Positions 30,800 to 40,456 of a DNA stretch of 64,000 nucleotides are shown here, one piece after another; positions within the stretch are counted from its first letter, which is position 1, and each line of letters opens with the position of its first letter. The notes beneath the pieces were generated by a model, which was given only the letters and a program-made list of their open reading frames with translations, was not told the DNA's origin and searched no databases. The stretch spans positions 72,837 through 136,836 of the forward strand of contig JABCTZ010000006.1 in assembly GCA_018238155.1 (NCBI GenBank). The letters run 5' to 3'. This DNA comes from Candidatus Heimdallarchaeota archaeon (GTDB lineage Archaea > Asgardarchaeota > Heimdallarchaeia > JABLTI01). The translations under genes were made by a program, and so were the position numbers.

Positions 30800-31384
30800 C
30801 TAGGTAAAATCTGCAAGACCCCAAAAGAAAGTAAAATCGGCATTCATAATGGATTCTTGAGTATCTTCCTTCTCATCAACTTCTTTGATTTTAGCCCAAA
30901 GTGCAGTAAATTCTTGCTTTACCCTATCTAATTTTTCTTTGGAACAAAACCACATGCCAATTTTATGAACTGGCGTTTTCTCAGATTCCTTGAATTGTCT
31001 TTCTGACATCATGCTTAATTGATTTATTTCCCGCTGCATTAAACTATTTGCAATTAACAAGGAGAAAACTCTAAACTCTCTTTCCTTACCTTCAAGTTCC
31101 TTTTTATCTACTTGATACAAATCGAAGAAATTCAGAAGGATATGATAATGCTTCAAACCTTCACTCCTTTTGACATTAATAATTGAATATTCTTCTAGTA
31201 ATTTAAGATGATAATACATAGCTGTTTTTTGAATCAAAATGACATTCATTAATTCTTTAGCAGTAATTCCTGGCTTTCTCAAAACTTCAAACCAAATGGC
31301 AACTCGAGTAGGATCCAGCATTACTTTTCTAATTAGCTCAAAAATTTCATGTGTTGCCAAAGATTGGCTGTTCATTTCTGCCAT
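30800..31384 (-). CDS. ArsR-like winged-helix regulator
   Basis: LDPTRVAIW...PGITAKEL......TAMYYHLKLL. Confidence 0.8.
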   Translation of the reverse strand: MAEMNSQSLATHEIFELIRKVMLDPTRVAIWFEVLRKPGITAKELMNVILIQKTAMYYHLKLLEEYSIINVKRSEGLKHYHILLNFFDLYQVDKKELEGKEREFRVFSLLIANSLMQREINQLSMMSERQFKESEKTPVHKIGMWFCSKEKLDRVKQEFTALWAKIKEVDEKEDTQESIMNADFTFFWGLADFT

Positions 31385-31431
31385 TTCATTATCACAATAC
31401 TAATTTTAATTTGATATATTATTAAGTTTAC

Positions 31432-31476
31432 TCCTATGTTTAGGAAAGGGTTCAATTATCTTTCCTATATATGGGA
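31432..31476. promoter_or_regulatory. Two palindromic operator-like sites in the divergent promoter
   Basis: TCCTA-tgtt-TAGGA (31432) and TCCTA-tata-TGGGA (31463), 31 bp apart. Confidence 0.45.
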
Positions 31477-31505
31477 AAATATTCTCTTACTCTGATTAGA
31501 GTGTA

Positions 31506-31733
31506 TTGGGAAAAGTGGTGCAAATGGAAATTGATTGTAAAATAGAAAAAATTACTGCTCGAACTGCAATAAGTAGAAGCTTTATAGATAAAAGCGATAC
31601 GCAAACAAATTTGGATGTTATTGAATTTTATGATTATCTAATTCTTATTGATCCCTCACCAAATGAGGACGCTGCAAAGATAATGAAATCTCTAATAAAA
31701 GAGAAATATAAAAAACCAGTGATTTTCCAATGA
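31506..31733 (+). pseudogene. Truncated N-terminus of an MBL-fold protein
   Basis: N..VIEF.D.LILID........KPV, stops before the THxHxDH motif. Confidence 0.45.
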
Positions 31734-31751
31734 AAAAAGGAAAAGAGAACA

Positions 31752-32921
31752 TTAGCGATAATAATGTACTGCTAATGCTTCATCAAATAGTGAAGTTGGA
31801 TCTGCAGGCAAAGTAGTGGCATTATCAATAACCTGTAAAAGTAGTTCTCGATCGCCAATCATCTTAATCATGATTACTTTGTTGTAATAGATTGGAAAAC
31901 TGAATTCTTCACAGAAATAATAGTAGATATCGCCATCATTTGTTACTTGGCTAAAATTACGATTCATAAAACCACTATTAGTAGGATTAAATCTTTGAAC
32001 TCTTCTATCCCAAGTAGAGTTCTCAGCATTACCTATCGAGATTACTCCTTTTGAGGCATTTATATTACTGTAAACTAATGCAAGGCCTCGCTCTTCTGCT
32101 TCATGACCAGTCCAACCTTCACGTGCCCAAATACCCTGTGCTGTATTTGGTACATCAAAATCAATTTTTCCACAATGACCAAGGGGATACACAGGTCCAC
32201 CCCAACCTCCAAGTTTATCCAATAGAGCCTCTTTTAAAGTATCAGTGAAATAAGCTAAAGGACAGACTGTATTTTGAAAAGTACTAGAAATATCAGCATT
32301 CACCCATTCTAAATTGACTCGAGTATCTTTTAACCAGAAATCAAATCCACCGCCACCTATACATGCTCTTCCTAAAAGCTGTCCGGCATCAACATCAATA
32401 CGAATTGTTTTCTCAAATCTTGTGTATGTTCTACCATCAATTTCATAGGAATTCTCATTATCGCCATATTCTGAACCAAACTCGCCTGTAATATCACTAA
32501 GAAAAGTGCTAATATTGTTTACATGTCCAAATCGTCCAGAAATTTTTGAGCATACTACAAAATCGATAGAGTAATCAATTGTTACTCCACCAATTTGTGG
32601 TGGATCATATTCCACTTTAGATATTTCAGTAATTGAAATATTTCCCGGAGCGTAAATCTCAAAACCATCAGGCCAAGCAGTAGAATTTGTATTAAAATAC
32701 ATATGATCTGTAGGATAGGTATGTCCAGGTGGATTTAGATTTCCCAATGGAATGATTGATACTAAGCGATTCATATCTACAGGATAACTAGTAAATGGCT
32801 TATCTTCACAAGGAATAAGAAAGTCAGGATTATACAAGAAAAAATGTGTTAAAAATCCTGATGTTCCAAGGACTATTATGATAGATGTGACTATAACAAG
32901 AATCTTTATTCCTTTCTTCAT
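31752..32921 (-). CDS. Membrane-anchored protein, possible degenerate M23/LytM-like fold
   Basis: N-terminal TM; HTYPTDH, IYAPG, FGHV, VDAGQLLG; no HxH motif. Confidence 0.55.
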   Translation of the reverse strand: MKKGIKILVIVTSIIIVLGTSGFLTHFFLYNPDFLIPCEDKPFTSYPVDMNRLVSIIPLGNLNPPGHTYPTDHMYFNTNSTAWPDGFEIYAPGNISITEISKVEYDPPQIGGVTIDYSIDFVVCSKISGRFGHVNNISTFLSDITGEFGSEYGDNENSYEIDGRTYTRFEKTIRIDVDAGQLLGRACIGGGGFDFWLKDTRVNLEWVNADISSTFQNTVCPLAYFTDTLKEALLDKLGGWGGPVYPLGHCGKIDFDVPNTAQGIWAREGWTGHEAEERGLALVYSNINASKGVISIGNAENSTWDRRVQRFNPTNSGFMNRNFSQVTNDGDIYYYFCEEFSFPIYYNKVIMIKMIGDRELLLQVIDNATTLPADPTSLFDEALAVHYYR

Positions 32922-32980
32922 AATTCTTAAACTAGACTAAACAACAAAAAGTTTGTGATATGGAAAAAGAGTATGGAAAG

Positions 32981-34066
32981 TTATACTTCCCATTTTTTAC
33001 ACTTACTGCCCCAACAAGCAATGGTTTTCCCATCACGAATAACTCTAATAACTTCGCAGAGATTAGAACAATCTTTACACTCAAAACCCTTAGTTTCATA
33101 TTGTAAATCAGGAATATTCCAACCAACGAATTTAGTGTCATAAGATTTTTTGATCATTTTATTTAAAGCAAGAATTGCTGCACCGATTGCACCCATAACA
33201 GCAAAGTTCTCTGGAACAATAACTTCCTGATTTAATGAGCGTTGAAAGGCATCACGAATGCCAATATTCGCAGCCACACCTCCTTGAAACATGATAGGAC
33301 CAAGAATTTCTTTTCCTTTCCCGACATTGTTCAAGTAATTTCTTACTAGTGCTTCTGAAAGACCTCTGATAATATCTTCAACGGGATGACCTAATTGCTG
33401 TTTGTGTATCATATCACTTTCAGCAAATACAGTACATCGACCTGCTATACTAACTGCATGTTCGGATTTTAAAGCTAAATCACCAAACTGTTCAATTGGT
33501 ATCTCGAGTCTATTTGCTTGCTGATCTAAAAATGACCCCGTACCAGCTGCACAAACAGTATTCATAGCAAAATCAATAGCAATACCATTGCGAATTAAAA
33601 TTATTTTAGAATCTTGCCCGCCTATTTCAAAAATCGTTTGGATATCCGTTCTTACATTCAAAGAAGCTACTGAGTGAGCTGTTATTTCATTTTTAACAAT
33701 ATCTGCTCCAACAATTAATCCGGTTAATTGTCTTGCACTACCTGTTGCTCCTACACCAGAAATAACAAAATCTTCTCCAATCTTCTCTTTCAGTAGTACA
33801 ATTCCACGCTGTACTGATTGGATGGGTTTTCCTTCTGTTCGAATATAAATTGATTCAACGAGTTCCTTATTTCCATTAATCACTGCAAGATTAGTGCTTA
33901 TAGATCCAACATCTACTCCAAGGAAATATTGATTAGCTAATGCATCAGCCATTATTCCTTCATTTGTTTCTCTCAAAACTTTTCCTTTATTAGGAGAACT
34001 TACCAAATCACTTTTTTGCACTTTTATACAATCACTTTCACAATTTGTTTTAGTATTATTAGTCAT
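32981..34066 (-). CDS. CoA-substrate-specific enzyme activase (BcrAD/BadFG, HgdC-like ATPase)
   Basis: LGVDVGSIST, NEITAH, EIGGQDSK, MNTVCAAGTGSF, GRCTVFAESD, FQGGVA, CKDCSNLC. Confidence 0.9.
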   Translation of the reverse strand: MTNNTKTNCESDCIKVQKSDLVSSPNKGKVLRETNEGIMADALANQYFLGVDVGSISTNLAVINGNKELVESIYIRTEGKPIQSVQRGIVLLKEKIGEDFVISGVGATGSARQLTGLIVGADIVKNEITAHSVASLNVRTDIQTIFEIGGQDSKIILIRNGIAIDFAMNTVCAAGTGSFLDQQANRLEIPIEQFGDLALKSEHAVSIAGRCTVFAESDMIHKQQLGHPVEDIIRGLSEALVRNYLNNVGKGKEILGPIMFQGGVAANIGIRDAFQRSLNQEVIVPENFAVMGAIGAAILALNKMIKKSYDTKFVGWNIPDLQYETKGFECKDCSNLCEVIRVIRDGKTIACWGSKCKKWEV

Positions 34067-35216
34067 AATTGAATGTCTCCCAAGTTACTTTTTCGGGTTC
34101 TTTTCCACCTAGTCTCTGTTCTCGTTTTAAATGTAACATATCTACAAAGGCTTCAAGTCGTGTTTGATATCCTGCTTCGCCTGTTTGTTCATCAACTATC
34201 ATCGGTAAAACGGGCATATCATATTCTTTTGTAATGCTTGGTATTATGTTTTGAGCACTAAGTTCTGGAATACATGAAAATGGCCATACATGCACCATTC
34301 CATCCCAACCTTTCTTTTTCAAGAAAATCGTCGTTCCAATGCTCTCTTGTCCATCCCCTCCAATATACTCTTGCATATATGGTCTTGCTTCTTTTCTATA
34401 AACTTTGTAATATTCCTTTTTGAATGGGTTGATTTTTGCCGGAATGTCTGAGAATTTCTTTAAGGACACTCCACATCGTGCTGCTACGCCAAGTTTGTTC
34501 AAACGACGGTAAAGATCTAAATGAAGCATTGGTTCTAATACTGCATAGATTTCCCCTATGACCCCTACTTTCAATGGTATAATTGATTCATCAACTTCTA
34601 TTTCATTTTTGAAAATGGCTGGTATTTCTTTATGGAATTTCTTTACTTCTCTAACTTTACGTAACTTGAAGAGTTTTTCGTAAACTTTTGCTGCGACATT
34701 ATCAGTTGTATCTTCAACTGCTTCTACTGCACGATAAAAATTGATGAGGTTCTCAATAAGATCTATTGAATAATTCTTGGTCCAAATTTTTCGTAAAACA
34801 CCAATTGTTTTCAAGGTGCTGAAACCGTTGCTGATTTCCTTGAAGTCTTTTATCATTTCAATCGGTTTATGGTAATCAATATTAGTGTATTTAACCGTAT
34901 ATCCTAAGTCTTTACAGATTACTCTTTGAACTGGACCATAACAACTTGCTCGACAAGTACCAATTCCGCCAATTTGGAAAACATGATCTGCTCCTCGTTC
35001 AATACTATCTAGTAGAGACCCAAGGCATAATTTGAAAGGTGTGCACATCCATTCTGGAGAATGTTTAGATCCACGGGTAATTGTTTCCTTATTCGGTGGT
35101 GTAGGCTCAATGATATTTTCTTCTGGTACTTCTAGTTCTTGAAAGACTGATTTAAATAATAAGGTTAGTGAACCAAAATAGGGATAAGTAACAGGCATAA
35201 ATTTTAACTCCATCAA
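34059..35216 (-). CDS. 2-hydroxyacyl-CoA dehydratase-like Fe-S subunit (PlsR-like)
   Basis: MCTPFK, GTCRA, PFSCIPE, VDEQTGEAGYQTRLEAF; overlaps both neighbours. Confidence 0.8.
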   Translation of the reverse strand: MMELKFMPVTYPYFGSLTLLFKSVFQELEVPEENIIEPTPPNKETITRGSKHSPEWMCTPFKLCLGSLLDSIERGADHVFQIGGIGTCRASCYGPVQRVICKDLGYTVKYTNIDYHKPIEMIKDFKEISNGFSTLKTIGVLRKIWTKNYSIDLIENLINFYRAVEAVEDTTDNVAAKVYEKLFKLRKVREVKKFHKEIPAIFKNEIEVDESIIPLKVGVIGEIYAVLEPMLHLDLYRRLNKLGVAARCGVSLKKFSDIPAKINPFKKEYYKVYRKEARPYMQEYIGGDGQESIGTTIFLKKKGWDGMVHVWPFSCIPELSAQNIIPSITKEYDMPVLPMIVDEQTGEAGYQTRLEAFVDMLHLKREQRLGGKEPEKVTWETFNYD

Positions 35217-36367
35217 GCTAATACCATTGGGGAATCTTTCTTTGTTCCCGGAAGAGAAACTCCTTCTTTCATCTTCTTTAAACGTAGGATATCTGTGAAT
35301 GCTTCTAATCGGGTAAGAAAACCAGCCTCTCCTGTATGTGCATCTAAAGTGATAATCATTAATGGTGTTTCAGATTTAATTCTCTTAGAAAATTGTTTCA
35401 CATATTCCAGAGAAACAGAGACAGGTCCACAAATGAAATTTACCAACATTAATACACCATCTATTTTTTTATTTTCAAGATAGTGCATTGTCGTTCCAAC
35501 AAGTTCATGTTCAAATTCAAAATAGAGATAATCGTTTTCCCCGAGAAAATATTTTTCTTTCTCTTCTTTGGTAACATTATCTATATCTTTAACCATCAGC
35601 CCATAATCATCAAATGTTAATCGTTTTATTTGGCGTTCTATTATTGAACGCGGCATTTGTTGAGCAGTAATAATATCTACGCCCAATTGTTGCATTTTTT
35701 TCCTCATCTCCAAAGAGGCGAATTCATCATTAATAACATATGGGTGGCTAACTACTGCAATTTTCAAGACTTCTTCTCCATCTTGGATATTGGGTGGATC
35801 ATTCAGTAAGATTTCTGAATGCTCCCATTTTGCCAAATCCTCTTCGCTGATAATTAAATTGTTCAGATATTTCTTATCCGCTCTTAATCCTTTGATGGTA
35901 GCATTTAGGATTTTAAATGGGTTCTTTGTGAAATGAAATCCAATTTGGAATACTATTTTTAGTAAGCGTAATAGTCCATGTCCTTCTCGAGAGGTTGAAT
36001 AATACGGTCCAAAAACCGGTGGAGCGTTTTCAAAAGTTGCCTTTATGATGTCCGCTAAAGCAATGAATTTTGGACATCCAACTTCTTTTTTCTTTCTACT
36101 GGCAAATCTTGGAACAAATAAATAGTCTACTTTATCTTGCAGTTCAAGAATGTGCCCATAAAATAATTTTGCTGAATAACAGTCGTCATCTAATGTAGAT
36201 TTAATTCCATTAGTTTTCATTTGTTTTGTTGTTGGAGCTGAAATAACAACTTCTGCACCTAGTTTCTCAAAAAAAGTCGTCCACATTGCTTCAAATTTAA
36301 AGAACAGTAGTGCACGTGGAATACCAACGCGTTTCTTCTTTTTTTGTGCAAGTGATCTCTTTGACAT
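35213..36367 (-). CDS. DUF2229 / acyl-CoA dehydratase activase-related subunit
   Basis: VGIPRALL, DCYSAK, GCPKF, FICGP, LDAHTGEAGFLTRLEAF. Confidence 0.8.
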   Translation of the reverse strand: MSKRSLAQKKKKRVGIPRALLFFKFEAMWTTFFEKLGAEVVISAPTTKQMKTNGIKSTLDDDCYSAKLFYGHILELQDKVDYLFVPRFASRKKKEVGCPKFIALADIIKATFENAPPVFGPYYSTSREGHGLLRLLKIVFQIGFHFTKNPFKILNATIKGLRADKKYLNNLIISEEDLAKWEHSEILLNDPPNIQDGEEVLKIAVVSHPYVINDEFASLEMRKKMQQLGVDIITAQQMPRSIIERQIKRLTFDDYGLMVKDIDNVTKEEKEKYFLGENDYLYFEFEHELVGTTMHYLENKKIDGVLMLVNFICGPVSVSLEYVKQFSKRIKSETPLMIITLDAHTGEAGFLTRLEAFTDILRLKKMKEGVSLPGTKKDSPMVLA

Positions 36368-36591
36368 TCTTCTTTTCCTCTTTAGATTGACTGAAAGAAA
36401 CTTTTTATAATTCTTTCCTTACTAATCATTATTTAATATACAACTTAAATTAACCTTAATCTCTTCTATTATAAAAGAGAACTTTTTTTCTTATTTATTA
36501 TCAGAATCATTTCTCGAAGTGATGAGAATGCTTTTTTAATACCTTGAAAACATTCAAGTAGGAAAATAAATTGATGAAATGAGGGTATCTT

Positions 36592-36843
36592 TTGTCAAGT
36601 TGTGATAATAAAAGAAAGAAAACATTGGATATGCTACTTATTTCTATTAGAAATAATGAACTCTTTGAACTTCTTAAAGAATACTTGAGATTAAAGAATA
36701 ATTTCGAAGAGCCTATTGATGCTAAAAAAATGAGAGAAAGAGCTGAAGAATGTTTGCAAGAAGATTTATTAGATTATGCTCGTGCATATAAGCTTCTTAA
36801 ACTTGCTACGAAAATTCTGAAAGCTTGTAATGGTATAAAATAA
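36592..36843 (+). CDS. Small hypothetical protein
   Basis: Fills the gap, gagggt RBS before TTG, helical charged sequence. Confidence 0.45.
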   Translation: MSSCDNKRKKTLDMLLISIRNNELFELLKEYLRLKNNFEEPIDAKKMRERAEECLQEDLLDYARAYKLLKLATKILKACNGIK

Positions 36844-36857
36844 TAGTAATGAAGTTT

Positions 36858-37568
36858 TCACTTCATTACATCATCTGGTTTGAGTGTTGTCCAGATTTTT
36901 GCTTCTCCTGAGCGTATCTTTTTGAATTCTGGAATGTAGCGAAGGAGAATAATTGCCAATATGCCAAACGAATATAGAACTGTGAACGGTATTCCATACC
37001 CTGAACCGTCTACTAGGTAACTATGTGGAAATATTTGTATTATTTGTGTTCCAGGACCTATCAAATCTAGAATGAAAAACACTGGTGAAATTAAGCTTAC
37101 ACCCCAACCCGAACCAACACCAGAATAACCTGAAAATCTACTTAACAGAACAATGAGTAATGGGAAGATAAGTGGTCCAATAGGCCAGTAGAAGAACATC
37201 AACGTTCCTGCCATTGTAGCGAGTCCTTTGCCTCCTTTAAATCCTAAATAAGGCATCCAACAATGTCCTGCTACTGCAGCTAATGCTGTTAACACTACAA
37301 GATAATCTAAATGCGGATGATTACGCGCCAATGCGTATTCTACAATAGCACATGCAGCTGCACCTTTTACAAGATCAGTACCTCCGACTAACATTCCCCA
37401 CCATACTCCTGTTGCTCGGATAGCGTTTCTTGTGCTTACTGAGCCTGAACCAAATTCACGTGGGTCTATTCCCTTTACTAATTTACATACAATGAATGAT
37501 GTAGGGAATCCTCCTAATAATAAACCAATAATTGGGGCAACAAAAAATTGCCATATAATTGATGCCAT
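36858..37568 (-). CDS. plsY: Glycerol-3-phosphate acyltransferase PlsY (divergent)
   Basis: IDPREFGSGS, DLVKG, GHCWMPYLGFKGGKG, multiple TMs. Confidence 0.85.
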   Translation of the reverse strand: MASIIWQFFVAPIIGLLLGGFPTSFIVCKLVKGIDPREFGSGSVSTRNAIRATGVWWGMLVGGTDLVKGAAACAIVEYALARNHPHLDYLVVLTALAAVAGHCWMPYLGFKGGKGLATMAGTLMFFYWPIGPLIFPLLIVLLSRFSGYSGVGSGWGVSLISPVFFILDLIGPGTQIIQIFPHSYLVDGSGYGIPFTVLYSFGILAIILLRYIPEFKKIRSGEAKIWTTLKPDDVMK

Positions 37569-37597
37569 TTTTATTTTTCTCCTGGTTTCTTTTGACT

Positions 37598-38494
37598 TTA
37601 ATTCTTAGTGTTTTCAAGCCAAGAATTTTCATATTCTCCAAGATAACCTAAAGTTAATGATTTCTTGCCAACAAAGTTTGCTACAATTGCTCCTGTCTCT
37701 TGAATAATTATCTTTTTGTTTTTAGGATTATATTGTTGCATATATTTAACGATATCCTCAGCTGCTTCAAGCCAACGAGTGTGCCCGATAATCACGTGAT
37801 CACTATACCCATTGATATTTTCTAAAGCTGCTCTGCCATATTTCTTCATTTGTTGAATAATGATTTCATCATTTGCTCTTATTTTTCCTTGAACAATTAT
37901 TTTTCCTTCTTCTAATTTAACAATGGGTTTTACTTTAAAGAAATCAGCGAGATACTTCTTTGTTTTGGGTACTCGTCCTGTTCTCACAAGATTTTCCATA
38001 GTGGATATAATCCCTGCAAAATTTATTTCTTCCATAAATTCAGTTAACTTTTCAATTATCGCTTCAAATGACATCTCATTTTGTGCCATTTTTCCTGCTT
38101 CTAAAACTAAAATTGCTAATGCAACGCTTGTTACTTTGGAATCAATGATGTGGATTTTCTTTTCTGGGAACCTCTGATTAACTAAAGCTTGTGTATTTGT
38201 TGCGATAGGTGACATTAGATTTGAAACGAAAATACCAATGACTGTATCTGCTTTTTGCAATGCTTCCTCTACTTTTTGAAAGATACTTCCAGGTGATGGT
38301 GTGGATGTTGTTGGTATTTCAGATGCCGTTCTTTCATAGTATTCATCAAGAGTTAATTCTCCTGTTGGACCACTAGAATTAAAAACGTGGTCAGAAAAAA
38401 TAATCTTTACTGGAATTATTGTTATATCTAATTTTTCAATTAATTCCACAGGTAAATCGCATGTATCGTCACTGATTATTGCTACTTTTGCCAT
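37598..38494 (-). CDS. degV: DegV/FakB fatty-acid-binding protein
   Basis: IISDDTCDLP, PTTSTPSPG, IIDSK, L.RTGR, KPI. Confidence 0.9.
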   Translation of the reverse strand: MAKVAIISDDTCDLPVELIEKLDITIIPVKIIFSDHVFNSSGPTGELTLDEYYERTASEIPTTSTPSPGSIFQKVEEALQKADTVIGIFVSNLMSPIATNTQALVNQRFPEKKIHIIDSKVTSVALAILVLEAGKMAQNEMSFEAIIEKLTEFMEEINFAGIISTMENLVRTGRVPKTKKYLADFFKVKPIVKLEEGKIIVQGKIRANDEIIIQQMKKYGRAALENINGYSDHVIIGHTRWLEAAEDIVKYMQQYNPKNKKIIIQETGAIVANFVGKKSLTLGYLGEYENSWLENTKN

Positions 38495-38665
38495 TGAATG
38501 ATATCTCCTACAATATCTGTTTTTATTATAATTTCCCCTGGAAAAACCAGGTTAGATTGTTATTTTTACTTTCATCATTAAAAAAATATCTAAGAAAATC
38601 ACTTTTGGAGTAAGTAAAAATGAATTTTTCCTTCAAAAAAAACATTTAAATGGTACTCAGATGAG

Positions 38666-39076
38666 TTACTCACCTGCTTGTCCGTATTTGAAATCTGGTG
38701 CACAAAAGCTTGATTTTTCACCTTTTAACCATGCGTTTAGGTTATCTTTCTCGTAAACGACCTTGTCATTAATCGAGAGTTTTATTTTATTAAGGCACCA
38801 ATCATCATCTCTTGCAGTTTGTGTTCTTTTCTTGAAACACAAATAACGGAAGGTAGAACTATCCATATTCTCTGGTACATCTAAATCAAAGCTATCTGTA
38901 TTTCCTCTTTCAAAATCATCATAATGAGGTTTGTCTAGGTCCCATTCATGACCACCAACGTAGAGTACTACTGGATCATCTGTTGAGCTTCTTCTTTTCT
39001 CACTGCAAGTTGTGAGCTCGATGACAATTTTGTTAATTTTTTCGTAATTTTTGCCAGTCATTATTTCTTCCTTCAT
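38666..39076 (-). CDS. Stand-alone PLAT/LH2 domain protein
   Basis: TDDPV.L, DDFERGNTDSF, DDWCLNKI signature. Confidence 0.7.
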   Translation of the reverse strand: MKEEIMTGKNYEKINKIVIELTTCSEKRRSSTDDPVVLYVGGHEWDLDKPHYDDFERGNTDSFDLDVPENMDSSTFRYLCFKKRTQTARDDDWCLNKIKLSINDKVVYEKDNLNAWLKGEKSSFCAPDFKYGQAGE

Positions 39077-39621
39077 TGAATTATTATCTATGGTGATACT
39101 GCCTTTGAACTATAAAACAGTATTCTTTAAACTTCATGAAAATAGATAAAATATGGAAGACAAACAGAAATGATTTCCTTTTTGATTTCGGTTCTCTTCC
39201 ACATTCAATTCGAATACCTTTTCCAATTCCCGCGACGACTGCTACAATTTCTCCCCAAATTGCTTTTTTTTGTCATTTAATTTCATCTTTTTTTACTCTA
39301 ATTTCTTCATTAGATGAATTTTGAGAAGAATCAAATAAGTCGGTCAAAGTTCTGTTTGTATAAACCATCCTTTCTTTGATCCAGATGGTTCCTCTCCTTG
39401 ATTTCCCTTTTGAATCCATCATAGAACTTGAACGATATATCGTTAAAGCGATATATAATTCTTACTACAAATATTCACTAATTCTGTAAGTGTATCTTTT
39501 TCTTCCTTTGATAAAATTAAGCGTTGGGTTCTTCAGAATTCAAAAGATTTTGTTTGATTCATTTCTTAAATTGGGAAATATCTATTAAATGCTACATTCA
39601 AATTTTTGATTGTGAACCAAA

Positions 39622-40185
39622 TTGATTTCTAAGACCGGTTGGTCAATAGAAAAAGGAAGAAACGGACTGCCTGTATGGCGGTTAAATCGAATACTGTCAA
39701 TTATCCATAAGCACGCAATTAACTTGGTAGATGCAAATAGAGAAACACCCCTTGTTTGGAGTATAATGCATATGCATACCACAATGCAGTTAGCAAAACT
39801 GATTGCTTTGCAAAGAAATATTGATCCCGAACTTGCTGGTTTGGTATGTGTATTCCATGATATTTACACACTTTACACTGGATTTCATAAAGACCATGGG
39901 TTGTTAGCAGAAAAACACATTGTGGAAATTATTGCTGAATATAATGAAAACACTCGAGATGAATTGTCTCCCGTAACTGCAGAAGAACAAATGTGTATCA
40001 TTGCGGCTGTTAAAGTACATAGTGATAAACAATCAATGGAAGAAAACGTTTACGCGGAATTGTTGAAGGATGTGGATAGTTTGGATAGTTATTTAGCAGG
40101 ATTTACTCCCGGGCGAAAGTCTGGAAGAATTCCGCGAATAAATACTCTCTTCAAAAGTTTAAATTTAGACTGCCGTGTCGAATGA
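39622..40185 (+). CDS. HD-domain metal-dependent phosphohydrolase
   Basis: H...HDI...HG...VHS...KDVD. Confidence 0.8.
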   Translation: MISKTGWSIEKGRNGLPVWRLNRILSIIHKHAINLVDANRETPLVWSIMHMHTTMQLAKLIALQRNIDPELAGLVCVFHDIYTLYTGFHKDHGLLAEKHIVEIIAEYNENTRDELSPVTAEEQMCIIAAVKVHSDKQSMEENVYAELLKDVDSLDSYLAGFTPGRKSGRIPRINTLFKSLNLDCRVE

Positions 40186-40210
40186 GCATTGAGAAAAAAG
40201 TTCTGAGGAT

Positions 40211-40456
40211 TCATTCCTCTATATCTGCTGACCAATAATTGCCGCGTTGCCTTCGCTTTAATTCTGCTTGTTTAGATTTATTCCAATTTTGAATTTCTGA
40301 GAAATAGCCTACAATTCTACTAATACCGTAAACATTGTTGCTACCACATGATGGACACGTGCATTTTTCCTCAGAACCACTTGATTCTAAATTTTCATTT
40401 ATACAATGCTTTTTGAGGTTTTTCTCTTTCAATTTGTCTTTGCTCTGATAAATCAT
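40211..40456 (-). CDS. Stand-alone NrdD C-terminal (Zn-ribbon plus glycyl-radical loop) protein
   Basis: CPSCGS...SRIVGYFS....WNKSKQAELKRR. Confidence 0.75.
   Translation of the reverse strand: MIYQSKDKLKEKNLKKHCINENLESSGSEEKCTCPSCGSNNVYGISRIVGYFSEIQNWNKSKQAELKRRQRGNYWSADIEE

Noticed and set aside
39136-39560. Possible decayed gene between the PLAT and HD genes
   Set aside because: Coding-like fragments with many stops; no family recognisable
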